From positions 1,274 to 65,273 of the forward strand of contig QQVD01000018.1 in the NCBI GenBank assembly GCA_003388555.1: a DNA stretch of 64,000 nucleotides, read 5' to 3'. The notes under the pieces were generated by a model. It was given only the letters and a program-made list of their open reading frames with translations, did no database searches and had not been told where the DNA came from. The position numbers were made by a program, and so were the translations under genes. This stretch comes from Acidobacteriota bacterium (lineage in GTDB: Bacteria; Acidobacteriota; Thermoanaerobaculia; Multivoradales; Multivoraceae). Positions 1 through 10,887 of the stretch are shown in pieces; the first letter of the stretch is position 1; each line of letters begins with the position of its first letter.

Positions 1-1117
1 CGCCGTCGGCGTCCATCGCGTAGATCTGTGGCGACCCGGAGCGCGACGAGGTGAAGGCGATCTGTCGCCCGTCACTGCTCCACGAGGGATTGGTGTCGAT
101 GGCGCCCGAGTTGGTCAGGCGCTGCAGGGTCTGCTGGCAGTCGCGGATGCGGCAGCGGAAGAGCTCGATGTTGCCGCGCAGCGAACGTGAGAAGACCACC
201 GAGCTGCCGTCGGGCGACACGTCGGGCGAGGTGCTCTGCACCTCGTCGACCAGGATCGGGCTCTTGCGGCCGGTCTGCCGATCGGCCCAGTAGAGCGAAG
301 GCGAGAGCTCGTAGTACGAGGTGTAGGCGAGGCCGTTGCCGTCCGGCGACCAGGCCGGAGTGAAGGTGAGCGACTCGTGACCGGTGATGCGACGCTGGTC
401 GTAGCCGTCGTAGTCCATAACGTACAGCTCCTTGATGCCGCTGCCGTCGCGGTCGGAGGTGAACGCGATGCTGGTCAGCCCGATGCCGCGCTGGCCGGTG
501 AAGTAGAAGACGATCTCGTCGTTGAAGGTGTGGGCCATGCGCCGCGCCAGGTCGTAGGTGCCGCGGTAGCGCTTGCCGAGGATCAGGCCGTGTCCCTTGA
601 GGTCGAAGATGCGACCCTCGAGCACCAGCTTGTCCTCCTCCAGGAGCAGCTCGGCGAGCAGGACGACGTCGTTGCCGACGGAACGGTAGAGCTCGAAGTC
701 GTGGGTGAAGTCGCCGTTGACCTCGAGGCCCGAGAGCTGGTCCGGCCCCATCACCGAGAAGATGCCGTTGAGCTCGAGATCGCTGCGCAGCGTCTGTTCG
801 AGCTCCTCGGCGGCCTTGCGCGCCGCCGGCGGAAAGACGGAGCGGTGCTTGGCGGCGGGCAGGGCGAGGCGCACCCGCTCCCGTACGTCGCCCTCGATCA
901 GGAGAGTGACGCCGTCCTGCAGGCGGGAGGTGTCGGCCGGAGTCTCGGTCTGCTGAGCAGAGACCATCGGCGCCGGCAGCAGCATCAGCAGCAGGGCAGC
1001 GAGGGAGCCCGTTGCGTAGGAGCTGGGACGCCGTCCGCGGAGAAAACGGCCGGTCGGAGCGGCCGGAGCCGTGGGGCGGTTGAGGGAGGTGGTGCGGTGC
1101 TCGGCTTCGCGGGTCAT
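1..1117 (-). CDS. tolB: Tol-Pal beta-propeller protein TolB (3' end runs off the window start)
   Basis: Manual minus-strand translation from ATG at 1117: signal-like LAALLLMLLPAPMVSAQQ, LGKRYRG...MAHTFNDEI, IAFTSDRDG, ELYVMDYDG, and PD40 repeats PAWSPDG, PDVSPDG, PSWSSDGRQIAFTSSRSGSPQIY. Lies downstream of tolQRA. Confidence 0.93.
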   Translation of the reverse strand, partial: MTREAEHRTTSLNRPTAPAAPTGRFLRGRRPSSYATGSLAALLLMLLPAPMVSAQQTETPADTSRLQDGVTLLIEGDVRERVRLALPAAKHRSVFPPAARKAAEELEQTLRSDLELNGIFSVMGPDQLSGLEVNGDFTHDFELYRSVGNDVVLLAELLLEEDKLVLEGRIFDLKGHGLILGKRYRGTYDLARRMAHTFNDEIVFYFTGQRGIGLTSIAFTSDRDGSGIKELYVMDYDGYDQRRITGHESLTFTPAWSPDGNGLAYTSYYELSPSLYWADRQTGRKSPILVDEVQSTSPDVSPDGSSVVFSRSLRGNIELFRCRIRDCQQTLQRLTNSGAIDTNPSWSSDGRQIAFTSSRSGSPQIYAMDADG

Positions 1118-1439
1118 GCTGGAGGGTGGTCTTCCTTGGCGTGCTCGGGTGGTCGGATCTCGCCCTGGTTCGCGGTGGCCCGTGTTCCTGCGCGCAAACC
1201 TTTGAGACGAATGAACTTGCGCCGCGAGACTATCGCAGGTTCGCAGCTCGCCGAACCGCGGTGCCTGACTCCGACGGCGCGGCGCGTACGGGCGCCGACG
1301 CAGTCTGGATCTGAACGCTCGTCACGATGCGGAACAATCCCGCAAAGCACCGAAACTCCCGGAAAACGCGAAAAATCCCGGCCGCACGGCGCCGGCCGGC
1401 CCCTCGGAGCGCTCGAGCACCAGGTCGGACGCGCCGACC

Positions 1440-2189
1440 TCAGCGGAAGATGATCCGCACCCCCAGCGAGTCCTTGCGGTACGCCTGAGGCAGCGGCGGC
1501 AGCGGCACGGCTCGCGACACCGCCTCGTAGGCGGCGCGGTCGAAGGCTCGCGATCCAGAGGACTGGGCGACCTGAAGCTCGGTGAGCTGGTTGCCCTCGC
1601 GCACGATGCGGAAGCTGATGATCAACTCGACGCCCTCGCCTACCGGAGGGCGTCGCCACTCGCGCCGGATGCGGGCGATCAGCCGGTCGAGATAGTAGGA
1701 GTAGCGCAGCGAGAACTCGGGGTCGTCGAAGCCGGCGAAGTCGGCTTCCTGGCTGCGACCCGTGGAGGCCGGCGGAGTCTCCTGCGTGCCTGGCGCCTCG
1801 ACCGGCGCTGGCTCTTCCGGCTCCTCGGACACCGGCGACTCCTCGGGCGGCGACTCCCGCCGCGGCTCTGGCTCTTCGGGCTGCAGCACCGGAACGTCCT
1901 CGGGCGCCGGCTTGGGAGCCTCGACCTCGGGCTCGGGCTCGGGCTCGGGAACCGGCGCCGGCGGAGTGCGACGCGGCTCGGGACGCGGCCCGCGCTGGAG
2001 GTCGGCGGCGGGGATGGTCACCACCTCGACGTAGCGGACCTCGGGACGCTGCCGCTCGAAGAGACGCGGTCCGAGGACCGCGCCGACAACCAGCGCGACG
2101 TGCAGCAGCACCGAGACGACGGGGAACAGCCGGCCGAGACGGGGTGTCGCGAGGGAGCGCCGGTCGAGCAGCTGGGTGACTGCGTCCAT
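1440..2189 (-). CDS. tolA: TolA/TonB-family energy transducer
   Basis: N-terminal TM with SVLLH motif, Pro/Glu-rich stalk, TonB_C-like end (SSGSRAFDRAAYEAV...PLPPLP). Located between tolR and tolB. Confidence 0.85.
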   Translation of the reverse strand: MDAVTQLLDRRSLATPRLGRLFPVVSVLLHVALVVGAVLGPRLFERQRPEVRYVEVVTIPAADLQRGPRPEPRRTPPAPVPEPEPEPEVEAPKPAPEDVPVLQPEEPEPRRESPPEESPVSEEPEEPAPVEAPGTQETPPASTGRSQEADFAGFDDPEFSLRYSYYLDRLIARIRREWRRPPVGEGVELIISFRIVREGNQLTELQVAQSSGSRAFDRAAYEAVSRAVPLPPLPQAYRKDSLGVRIIFR

Positions 2190-2205
2190 CGCCGGGAACG
2201 TGCGG

Positions 2206-2634
<429 letters not shown>

Positions 2635-2681
2635 CTGCTGTTCCCTGCTTGGCTCGAAGAGTTTCTCGGCGGCCCCGCCGC

Positions 2682-3413
2682 TCAGGTGAAGTTGCGCTCG
2701 GCCAGATTGAGGAACTCGAGCGCGAAGTCCTCGAGGTCGGTCTTGGCGCGACGCAGCCGGCTGGAGAGCTGGTTGTAGCCGATCAGCGCCGGGATCGCCG
2801 CCACCAGGCCGGCCGCAGTGTTGATCAGTGCCTCGGCGATGCCTGGAGCGACCGCCAGGATCGACGCCGAACCGCTGGCGCTGATGTCGTTGAACGCCAC
2901 CATGATGCCCCAGACGGTGCCGAAGAGACCGATGAACGGGGTTGCCGCCGCGGTGGTCGCCAGGAAGGTCGCGTTCCTGCTCAGCGCCAGCATCTCGACC
3001 GCGATGGCGCGCTGCAGGCTGCGCTCGATCGCGATCAACGACTTGATCTTGTAGCCGCCCGCGCCCTCTTCCTGTCGTTGGGCGCGCGCCTTCACCTGGG
3101 TGTCGATCTCGAGGTAGCCGGCCTGGAACAGGCCGACCAGCGGCGAGGCCTTGTGCTGCGTCGCCACCTTGTTGATGTCGGAGAAGCGGCTGCTGCGCCG
3201 GAAGGCCTCGAGGAAGCGCCGGTTCTGCTGCGAGACGACGCGGAACTGCCGGTTCTTCGACAGCAGGATCGCCCACGAGCCGATCGAGAAGAAGGCCAGG
3301 ACCGAGAAGGTGATCCAGGCCACCGGGCCCGCGTCGAGGAAGAGGCCCAGGGCACCCGGGCCCTCGTTGCCCGGCAGGGCGGCGAGCACGGAGAAGGGAG
3401 AGGTGGTGGTCAT
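2682..3413 (-). CDS. tolQ: TolQ/ExbB/MotA proton channel
   Basis: LATTAAATPFIGLFGTVWGIM and VAPGIAEALINTAAGLVAAIPA. Start taken at MTTTSPF. Confidence 0.93.
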   Translation of the reverse strand: MTTTSPFSVLAALPGNEGPGALGLFLDAGPVAWITFSVLAFFSIGSWAILLSKNRQFRVVSQQNRRFLEAFRRSSRFSDINKVATQHKASPLVGLFQAGYLEIDTQVKARAQRQEEGAGGYKIKSLIAIERSLQRAIAVEMLALSRNATFLATTAAATPFIGLFGTVWGIMVAFNDISASGSASILAVAPGIAEALINTAAGLVAAIPALIGYNQLSSRLRRAKTDLEDFALEFLNLAERNFT

Positions 3414-3688
3414 CGGGATGTCGTCGCCGCGCGGCCGCGGGCTGATCCTCTTCGCAGGGGCTTGGTAGGGGTTCCGGGGGCGGGGTTCCGGGCTGGCGAC
3501 GTGCACAGTACGGGCCGCGATCTCCGGATGTCGACCCTCCGGGCGGCACACGGTGCCGTCGCCCGCGGCAAGGTACCACGGGCGCGTGCCGAATTCACCC
3601 GCGCAACCCGTTGGCTCGTGCGGTGGATTCCACCCACCGCCCCCGCTCGCACACAGGCCGCGGCAGCGCTGCCCGCGGCGACCTGCGA

Positions 3689-4492
3689 TCAGTCGGGCAG
3701 CGCATCGCTCGGGCCCCGGCGCCGCCACTCGAAGAGCACCACCGAGGCAGCGACGGCGGCATTGAGCGATTCGACCCCGGCGACGAGCGGGATCGTCAAG
3801 CGGTGCGTGGCCAGGCGGTTCGCCGCGGCCGAGACGCCGTGTGCCTCGGAGCCTACGACCAGGACCCCCGCCGGCGGCAGCGTCGCGCTCCACAGAGGGG
3901 TTCCGCCGTGCGCCGCCAGCGTCAGCCAGGGTGCCGTGTCGCCGACGAGCTCGCGAAGCTGCTCGGGCGCAGCGCCCCAGAGGAGGGGAAGGCGGAGCGC
4001 CGCACCGGCCGACGCTCGCACCGCCCGGGGATTGCGCCACGAGCAGCTCCCCGGCGCCGCCACCACAGCCGCGCAGCCGGAGGCGGCCGCACTACGGATC
4101 AGCGCGCCGACGTTGCCCGGGTCCTGCACCGCGTCGAGGTACAGCACCCGGCCTGCGACGGCTCGACGCTTCAACTCGGCGAGGTCAGGTCGCTGCACGC
4201 TGGCCAGGGCCAGCAAGCCGCGGGGAGAGTCGACGTCGGACCCTTCTCGCAGCAGCGCCGGCTCCACCTCGCGCACCTCGACCCCCAGCGAGCCGGCCCG
4301 TTCGAGCAGCGCGGCGAACGTCTCCCGCTGGCCTGCCTCGACGAGCAGCACCTCGAGAGCCGTGCCGCATTCGAGAGCGGTCTGCACGAGGTGCGGGCCT
4401 TCGAGCAGCACGCCATCGTCCTCCCGTCCACCTTTACTTCGGCGCAGACGGCGCGTAGCCTTGAGGATTCGATTGTCCCGACTCGAGATCAC
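3689..4492 (-). CDS. TrmH/SpoU family RNA 2'-O-methyltransferase
   Basis: LDAVQDPGNVGALIRSA, VVGSEAHGVS and ESLNAAVAASVVLFE SPOUT motifs. Confidence 0.93.
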   Translation of the reverse strand: MISSRDNRILKATRRLRRSKGGREDDGVLLEGPHLVQTALECGTALEVLLVEAGQRETFAALLERAGSLGVEVREVEPALLREGSDVDSPRGLLALASVQRPDLAELKRRAVAGRVLYLDAVQDPGNVGALIRSAAASGCAAVVAAPGSCSWRNPRAVRASAGAALRLPLLWGAAPEQLRELVGDTAPWLTLAAHGGTPLWSATLPPAGVLVVGSEAHGVSAAANRLATHRLTIPLVAGVESLNAAVAASVVLFEWRRRGPSDALPD

Positions 4493-4554
4493 TCTCCGAC
4501 GGACTCCCTCGAAAGCCGGATGGCCGGGTGACGGGTCGACTGCAGGTTCACCGT

Positions 4555-4607
4555 GGTGACTGGGGTGACTGGGGTGACTGGGGTGACTGGGGTGACTGGG
4601 GTGACTG
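4555..4607. repeat. 9-bp tandem repeat (GGTGACTGG) x ~5.9
   Basis: Read directly from the sequence in the divergent intergenic region between the trmH-like and DUF84-like genes. Confidence 0.95.
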
Positions 4608-4620
4608 CAGGGTGAATGGA

Positions 4621-5328
4621 ATGAGCCTGCGCAGCGATCTGCTCACCGCCTTCTGGAACCGCTTTCCCGAGGACCGCGTCCGTGTCGCCGTGGTCGGTGA
4701 GGACCCGGACAAGCGCGCCGGAGTGCTGCTCGGCATGCGAGCCTACCTGGGCTTCGATCCCTCGTGGGAGAAGGCACCGCCGACCCGCGCGCGCCCGGCC
4801 GAGCGACGTCATCGTGGACCGATCGCCGGGATCCGCGAGGTCGAGGAGGAGCCCGCCCCGGACGCTCGGCGCGAGCTGACCGTGACCTCGGTGCCGGACG
4901 GCGGCGGCGAGGGCGCGGTGCCGGTCGATGACGCCGAGACGGTCGCGCGCGCCCTGCGCCGGGCCCGCGCGCTGACAGCGAGCACCCGCACACCGCCTCT
5001 CTTCGACCTCTACGTCTGCGCCGAGGGCGGCGCCCACGATCTGGTGGTGGGAGACGCCGGCAGCGGCGAGCGCTTCCTCCTCGCCCGCAGCTGGGTGGCG
5101 ATCGAGGCTCCGTGGGGCCGTGCCATCGGCAGCAGCGCCTCACTGCAGCTCCCCGCGACTCTCGCGGCGGGAGGCGACGGCCTGCCGGTGCCGGGCACCC
5201 GTCGCCACGGTGGTGTGCTCGCCTCGCTCACCGGCGGTCTGCTCGACCGCCGCCACGCAGTCGCCACGGCGACGACCCACGCCCTCGCCTCGCTGGTCTA
5301 CCCACTGCTCTCGTCGCGCCCGCTGTAG
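4621..5328 (+). CDS. DUF84/YjjX-like (inosine/xanthosine triphosphatase-fold) protein, divergent
   Basis: VAVVGEDPDK start, ETVARALRRA, AEGG, GSSASLQLP, GGVLASLTGGLLDRRHAVATATTHAL resemble YjjX/DUF84 motifs. ATG at 4621. Confidence 0.6.
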   Translation: MSLRSDLLTAFWNRFPEDRVRVAVVGEDPDKRAGVLLGMRAYLGFDPSWEKAPPTRARPAERRHRGPIAGIREVEEEPAPDARRELTVTSVPDGGGEGAVPVDDAETVARALRRARALTASTRTPPLFDLYVCAEGGAHDLVVGDAGSGERFLLARSWVAIEAPWGRAIGSSASLQLPATLAAGGDGLPVPGTRRHGGVLASLTGGLLDRRHAVATATTHALASLVYPLLSSRPL

Positions 5329-5397
5329 GGGCTGCGCCAGCAGGGGCCGGTAGCGGCTCAGGAGCCACTACCCAAGGGCCGCGGCGCTGCGGCGCTG

Positions 5398-5406
5398 TGC
5401 TAGCCT
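5398..5406 (+). promoter_or_regulatory. Extended -10 promoter candidate (TG-C-TAGCCT) for the metK leader
   Basis: TGCTAGCCT lies ~280 bp upstream of metK, just before the structured region. Confidence 0.4.
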
Positions 5407-5430
5407 GAACCGTCCAGCCGCCGCTCCGGA

Positions 5431-5676
5431 GGCCGACGGTCCGATTCGATGCCCGAGGGCCCGCAGAGGTCCAAGACGGGAAGGGTTGCGTGGCCGCGTT
5501 CCGAGCTCCCCGGCGAAGCGCCCCCGAAGCGCTCGGCGCGCCACGCGGCCAAGCCCGCTGCGCCCGGGTCGGGGATCCAATGAAACTCCACGGGCGACGC
5601 GCAGGCGTCGGCCCTGACGCCGCTGCTGCGGCGCCGCCCTGCCGTCAGCGCCTCGGCGCCCGCCCGGCATCGGAGG
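5431..5676 (+). ncRNA. Structured metK 5' leader (candidate riboswitch or sRNA)
   Basis: Nested helices read by eye: 5431-5438/5606-5613, 5451-5459/5587-5595, 5484-5494/5540-5550 and 5501-5506/5531-5536. Includes a kink-turn-like motif and an alternative pairing to the SD. Confidence 0.5.
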
Positions 5677-5685
5677 TCTCCAGCC

Positions 5686-6834
<1,149 letters not shown>

Positions 6835-6883
6835 CGGCCGCGGCTGTCGCGCAACCTTCCAGCCGTCGGCTTGGCCGGACCGG

Positions 6884-8113
6884 TCAGCTCGGCGCGCTGT
6901 TCTCGCGCGGCAGCACCCGGCTGAGCACGGCCACCGCGACGGTGGCCGAGGCGAGGGAGCCGACGATGATGCCGAGCCGCTCGTCGAAGAGCAGATCGAC
7001 GCCGGTCTCCTCGAAGGCGAGCGAGCCGATGAACAGGCTCATGGTGAAGCCGATCCCGGTGAGCGCCGCGGCGCCGTAGAGCACCGGGTAGCTCATGCCG
7101 CGCGGCAGACGGGTCCATCCGGCGGCGACGGCGATCCAGCAGCACAGGAAAACCCCGATCTGCTTGCCGAAGAAGAGCCCCATGGCGATTCCCAGCGGCA
7201 CCGGGTGCAGGAGGTCGTCGAGGCCGGTGTCGGTGAGGCGCAGGCCCGCGTTGCAGAAGGCGAAGACCGGCAGCACGAAGTAGGCGACGATGGAGTGCAG
7301 GTCGTGCTCCAGGGTCTTCACCGGCGAGTTGGTCGGATCGCGCCGACAACGCATCGGCACGGTGAGGCCGAGCATCACGCCAGCCAGGGTCGCGTGCACG
7401 CCGGACTTGAGCAGCGCCGTCCACATCACCAGCCCGACGAGCAGGTACGGGCTCTGACGCACCACGCCGCGGGCGTTCATCGCCACCAGCAGCACGATGC
7501 ACCCAGCCGCGGTGAGCAGCGCCGTCAGCGAGATGTTGGCGGTGTAGAAGAAGGCGATGATCAAGATGGCGCCGACGTCGTCGAAGATCGCCAACGTGGT
7601 CACGAAGACCTTGAGGGAAGTCGGGACCCTCGATCCGAGGAGCGACAGGACGCCGAGGGCGAAGGCGATGTCGGTGGCGGCAGGGATCGCCCAGCCCTGT
7701 GCCGCGACCGGGTCGCCGTGATTGAAAGCCAGGTAGAAGCCGGCGGGGAACAACATGCCGCCGATGGCGCCGACGCCGGGCAGGATCACGTTGCTGCGCT
7801 GGGAGAGCTCGCCTTCGACGCACTCCCGCTTCAACTCGAGGCCGACGAGCAGGAAGAAGATCGCCATCAGCCCGTCGTTGACCCAGAGGAGCAGCGGCTT
7901 GTCGATCGCGAAGTCTCCCACCGACAGGCTCACCGGCGTCGACAGGAGCAGGTCGTAGAACCTCGACAGCGGCGAGTTGGCCACCATGACGGCGAGCACC
8001 GCAGCGACCATCAGCAGCACGCCGGCCGCCGACTCCTGGGCGAAGAACTGGCGCAGGAAACCCGCCGGCGAGGAGCGCGGCCTCGACTCGTGGCGGAGCG
8101 GCGGAGCGGTCAT
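6884..8113 (-). CDS. nhaA: Na+/H+ antiporter NhaA
   Basis: WVNDGLMAIFFLLVGLELKRE, GWAIPAATDIAFALG, LAIFDD, GIGFTMSLFIGSLAF. Confidence 0.97.
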   Translation of the reverse strand: MTAPPLRHESRPRSSPAGFLRQFFAQESAAGVLLMVAAVLAVMVANSPLSRFYDLLLSTPVSLSVGDFAIDKPLLLWVNDGLMAIFFLLVGLELKRECVEGELSQRSNVILPGVGAIGGMLFPAGFYLAFNHGDPVAAQGWAIPAATDIAFALGVLSLLGSRVPTSLKVFVTTLAIFDDVGAILIIAFFYTANISLTALLTAAGCIVLLVAMNARGVVRQSPYLLVGLVMWTALLKSGVHATLAGVMLGLTVPMRCRRDPTNSPVKTLEHDLHSIVAYFVLPVFAFCNAGLRLTDTGLDDLLHPVPLGIAMGLFFGKQIGVFLCCWIAVAAGWTRLPRGMSYPVLYGAAALTGIGFTMSLFIGSLAFEETGVDLLFDERLGIIVGSLASATVAVAVLSRVLPRENSAPS

Positions 8114-8123
8114 TTCCGCGATC

Positions 8124-10598
8124 TCACGTCTGCACTCCCAGGAACAGGTAGAGCGAAGCGGTGGAGAAGAGCACGTTGGGCGCCCAGACGGCGATCAGCG
8201 GTGGCAGGGCGCCAGCGTCGCCGAGGGTGACGAAGAAGGCGTTGAGGGCGAAGTAGATCATCCCGATCGCCAGCGCGATACCGATGCCGTAGAGGGCGCC
8301 GCGGCGCCCCAGACGGAAGGCGAAGGGGAGGGCGACGAAGGCCATGACCAGCGCCGCGCCTGGGCCGGCGAGCTTGCTGTGCAGCTGCACCCGGTACTGG
8401 GTCGTCTCCTGGCCGGCGTTCTCGAGCCGGTCGATGAAGTGCGCCAGCTCCTCTGGACCCATCTCCTCCGGCGGCTTGAGCTCGGTGTCGAAGAACTCTG
8501 GAGTCTCGGGCAGGTCGACCGGCACGGGGCCGACGAGCTCCCGCACGTCGGTCACCACCGAGCCGTCGAAGCGGCGCAGCCAACCGCCTCGGACCTGCCA
8601 CTGGCGACCGTCGTAGGCCGCCGTCTCGGCGTAGAGGCGGCCGGTGAGGGTGAGCCGCGCCAGGTCGAGCTGGAAGACGTGGAGGTGCTGCAGGGTGGCG
8701 CTCTCCTCGTCGAAGAACTGGAAGTGGTAGAGGTAACCGCCGCGACCGTACAGCCACTGCTGGTCGGCGCGCTTGAAGGTCCGGGTGTCCTGGGTGCCGC
8801 GGATGATGCTCTTGTAGTCGGCGGCGCGAGCGTTGGAGTAGGGGAGCACCGACGATTCGAGCAGCGCGCACAGCCCCGCGACAAGGAGCGCCGCCAGCAC
8901 CACCGGAATGGCGAGGCGGTAGAGACTGATCCCCGAAGCCTTCGCCGCGATCACCTCGTTGGATCTCGACAGCAGGCCGAAGGACACCAGGGTGCTGATC
9001 AGGATCACCACCGGGGCGAGCAGGTTGAAGATGTCGAACGAGAGGAACTTGTAGTACTGGAGGATCGTCTCGGTGGAGACGTCGTTCTCGAGCACCTCGT
9101 CGACCAGCTCGGTGAAGTTGGCGATCACGAAGACCAGCATGCCGGCCAGCGCGGCGAGCACGAACACGCGCGTGAACAGCCTGAGCAGATAGCGGTCGAG
9201 GACGTTGGGGAAGCGCAGCGACGGCAGCTGGAAGCGCAACCGCAGGTCGGCGTCGCGGCGCGCCGGCGGGGCAAGCAGGCTTCGTCGGCGCGGCGCCGCG
9301 GCCCGACCGGCGTCGCCGACCGCTCGATCGCTCTGGCGCTCCCGCTTCTCGCTGCGGCGCAGCTGACGCGATTCGCGCTTCTGGTACTTGCGCCGCTGCC
9401 GGTAGCGGGATCGCACCCTGGCGTGCGACCAGAACTGGTCCCGAATCCACTGGTCGAGACGGCTCAGGATCAGGCTCTTGTCACTGTTGCGCCTGGTCAG
9501 CAGGAACAACCCGGCGATCAGGAAGAGGATGTTGGGCAGCCACATCGCCAGCCAGGGAGCCAGATCGCCGCGCTCCGCGGTGCGCTCACCGGCGGTGATC
9601 AGGACCTGGTAGATCAGGATCACCACCAGCGACAAGGCGAAGCCGGACGAGCGTCCGCCGCGCCGGTTGTCGAAGCCCAGCGGCACGCCGAAGAGGCCGA
9701 GCACGATGCAGGCGGCAGGGATGGAGAACTTCTTGTGCACGTTCACCATCGCCAGGCTGCGCATGTTCTCGGGATTCGACTCGTCGGCGTGGAAGCGCAC
9801 CAGCTCCGAGAAGGTCATCGCACGCAGGGAGCGGGTCTGGGCGTGCTGCGCCCGCAGCGCCAGGGTGCCGTCGCTCTCGACCAGGGTCGAGGTGGCGAAG
9901 GTCTCGATCGAGTAGCGGTGCTGGGCTCCCAGATCGAGCTCGTGGACCGTGCCGTCCTGCAGGGTCAGGACGACCTCCGAGGCGGCCTCGTTGACGTCGA
10001 CGGTGCCGGACCTGGCGAAGGTGATGCGGCTCTGGCGGCCGAGGATCGAGTCGCCGACGAAGACGCCGGTCCAGCGCTCGCCGGCGGTTCGGTCGACGTA
10101 GAGCACCGTGCCGTCGAGCTCGTCGTAGAACCGTCCCGGTGTCACCTGGCCGACGACGTTGTTCGAGATCACCTCACGCTGCAGAGCCTGCGACCGGGTG
10201 TTGCCCCAAGGCAGCACGGTGAGCATCAACCAGATGTTGAGCGCCGTCAGCAGACCGGCCCAGGCCATCACCGGGCGGTAGAGCGCGAACAGGCTGATCC
10301 CGGCCGACCGGATGGCGACCAGTTCGCTGTCGGCCGAGAGACGGCCGACGGTGATCAGCACCGCGAACAGGAACGACATCGGGATGGTCAGCACCACGAT
10401 GTGCGGCAGGCTGAGCAGCAACAGCTCCGCCACGACACCCAGCGCGACGTCGCGCTGGATGATCATCTCGGCGAGATCGAAGAGCACGTCGGTGAGCAGG
10501 ATCATGGTGAAGACCATGAGCCCGAGCCCGAGCGGCCCGGCGATCTCGCGCATCACGTAGCGGTCGAGCACGCGGGTGACCATCGTCCCGGGGATCAT
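8124..10598 (-). CDS. lptF/lptG: Fused LptF/LptG LPS export permease
   Basis: Two YjgP/YjgQ repeats, each starting (V)LDRY, with ELVAIRSAGIS and EVIAAKASGIS motifs, joined by an Arg-rich linker. Confidence 0.93.
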   Translation of the reverse strand: MIPGTMVTRVLDRYVMREIAGPLGLGLMVFTMILLTDVLFDLAEMIIQRDVALGVVAELLLLSLPHIVVLTIPMSFLFAVLITVGRLSADSELVAIRSAGISLFALYRPVMAWAGLLTALNIWLMLTVLPWGNTRSQALQREVISNNVVGQVTPGRFYDELDGTVLYVDRTAGERWTGVFVGDSILGRQSRITFARSGTVDVNEAASEVVLTLQDGTVHELDLGAQHRYSIETFATSTLVESDGTLALRAQHAQTRSLRAMTFSELVRFHADESNPENMRSLAMVNVHKKFSIPAACIVLGLFGVPLGFDNRRGGRSSGFALSLVVILIYQVLITAGERTAERGDLAPWLAMWLPNILFLIAGLFLLTRRNSDKSLILSRLDQWIRDQFWSHARVRSRYRQRRKYQKRESRQLRRSEKRERQSDRAVGDAGRAAAPRRRSLLAPPARRDADLRLRFQLPSLRFPNVLDRYLLRLFTRVFVLAALAGMLVFVIANFTELVDEVLENDVSTETILQYYKFLSFDIFNLLAPVVILISTLVSFGLLSRSNEVIAAKASGISLYRLAIPVVLAALLVAGLCALLESSVLPYSNARAADYKSIIRGTQDTRTFKRADQQWLYGRGGYLYHFQFFDEESATLQHLHVFQLDLARLTLTGRLYAETAAYDGRQWQVRGGWLRRFDGSVVTDVRELVGPVPVDLPETPEFFDTELKPPEEMGPEELAHFIDRLENAGQETTQYRVQLHSKLAGPGAALVMAFVALPFAFRLGRRGALYGIGIALAIGMIYFALNAFFVTLGDAGALPPLIAVWAPNVLFSTASLYLFLGVQT

Positions 10599-10887
10599 AC
10601 GGGCGTGCGGGCGGAGGCCGACGAGGAGAACCCGGAACCGTGGGTGTGAGGTGGCTCGAAGAGCGGGGACAGGCGAGAACCGAGGCGGTCGCAGAGCCTG
10701 GGCCGGACCCGCCGCGATGCCGTCGTCCTCGGATGCAACGTCCGATAAGATGAATTATGTAAACCTCGATACTGCCCCTGCGCTGAGCCTGGCTCCTCCA
10801 GCAAGGCGTCTTCTTAGCCGTTAGGGCCTCTGATGCGCGCGCGTCCGGCGTCCTGCCGACTTCCGCGAGTTCCGAATCAGCGACCGT

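Noticed and set aside
8114-8123. Na+/Li+ riboswitch upstream of nhaA
   Set aside because: Only 10 bp separate nhaA from lptFG, leaving no room.
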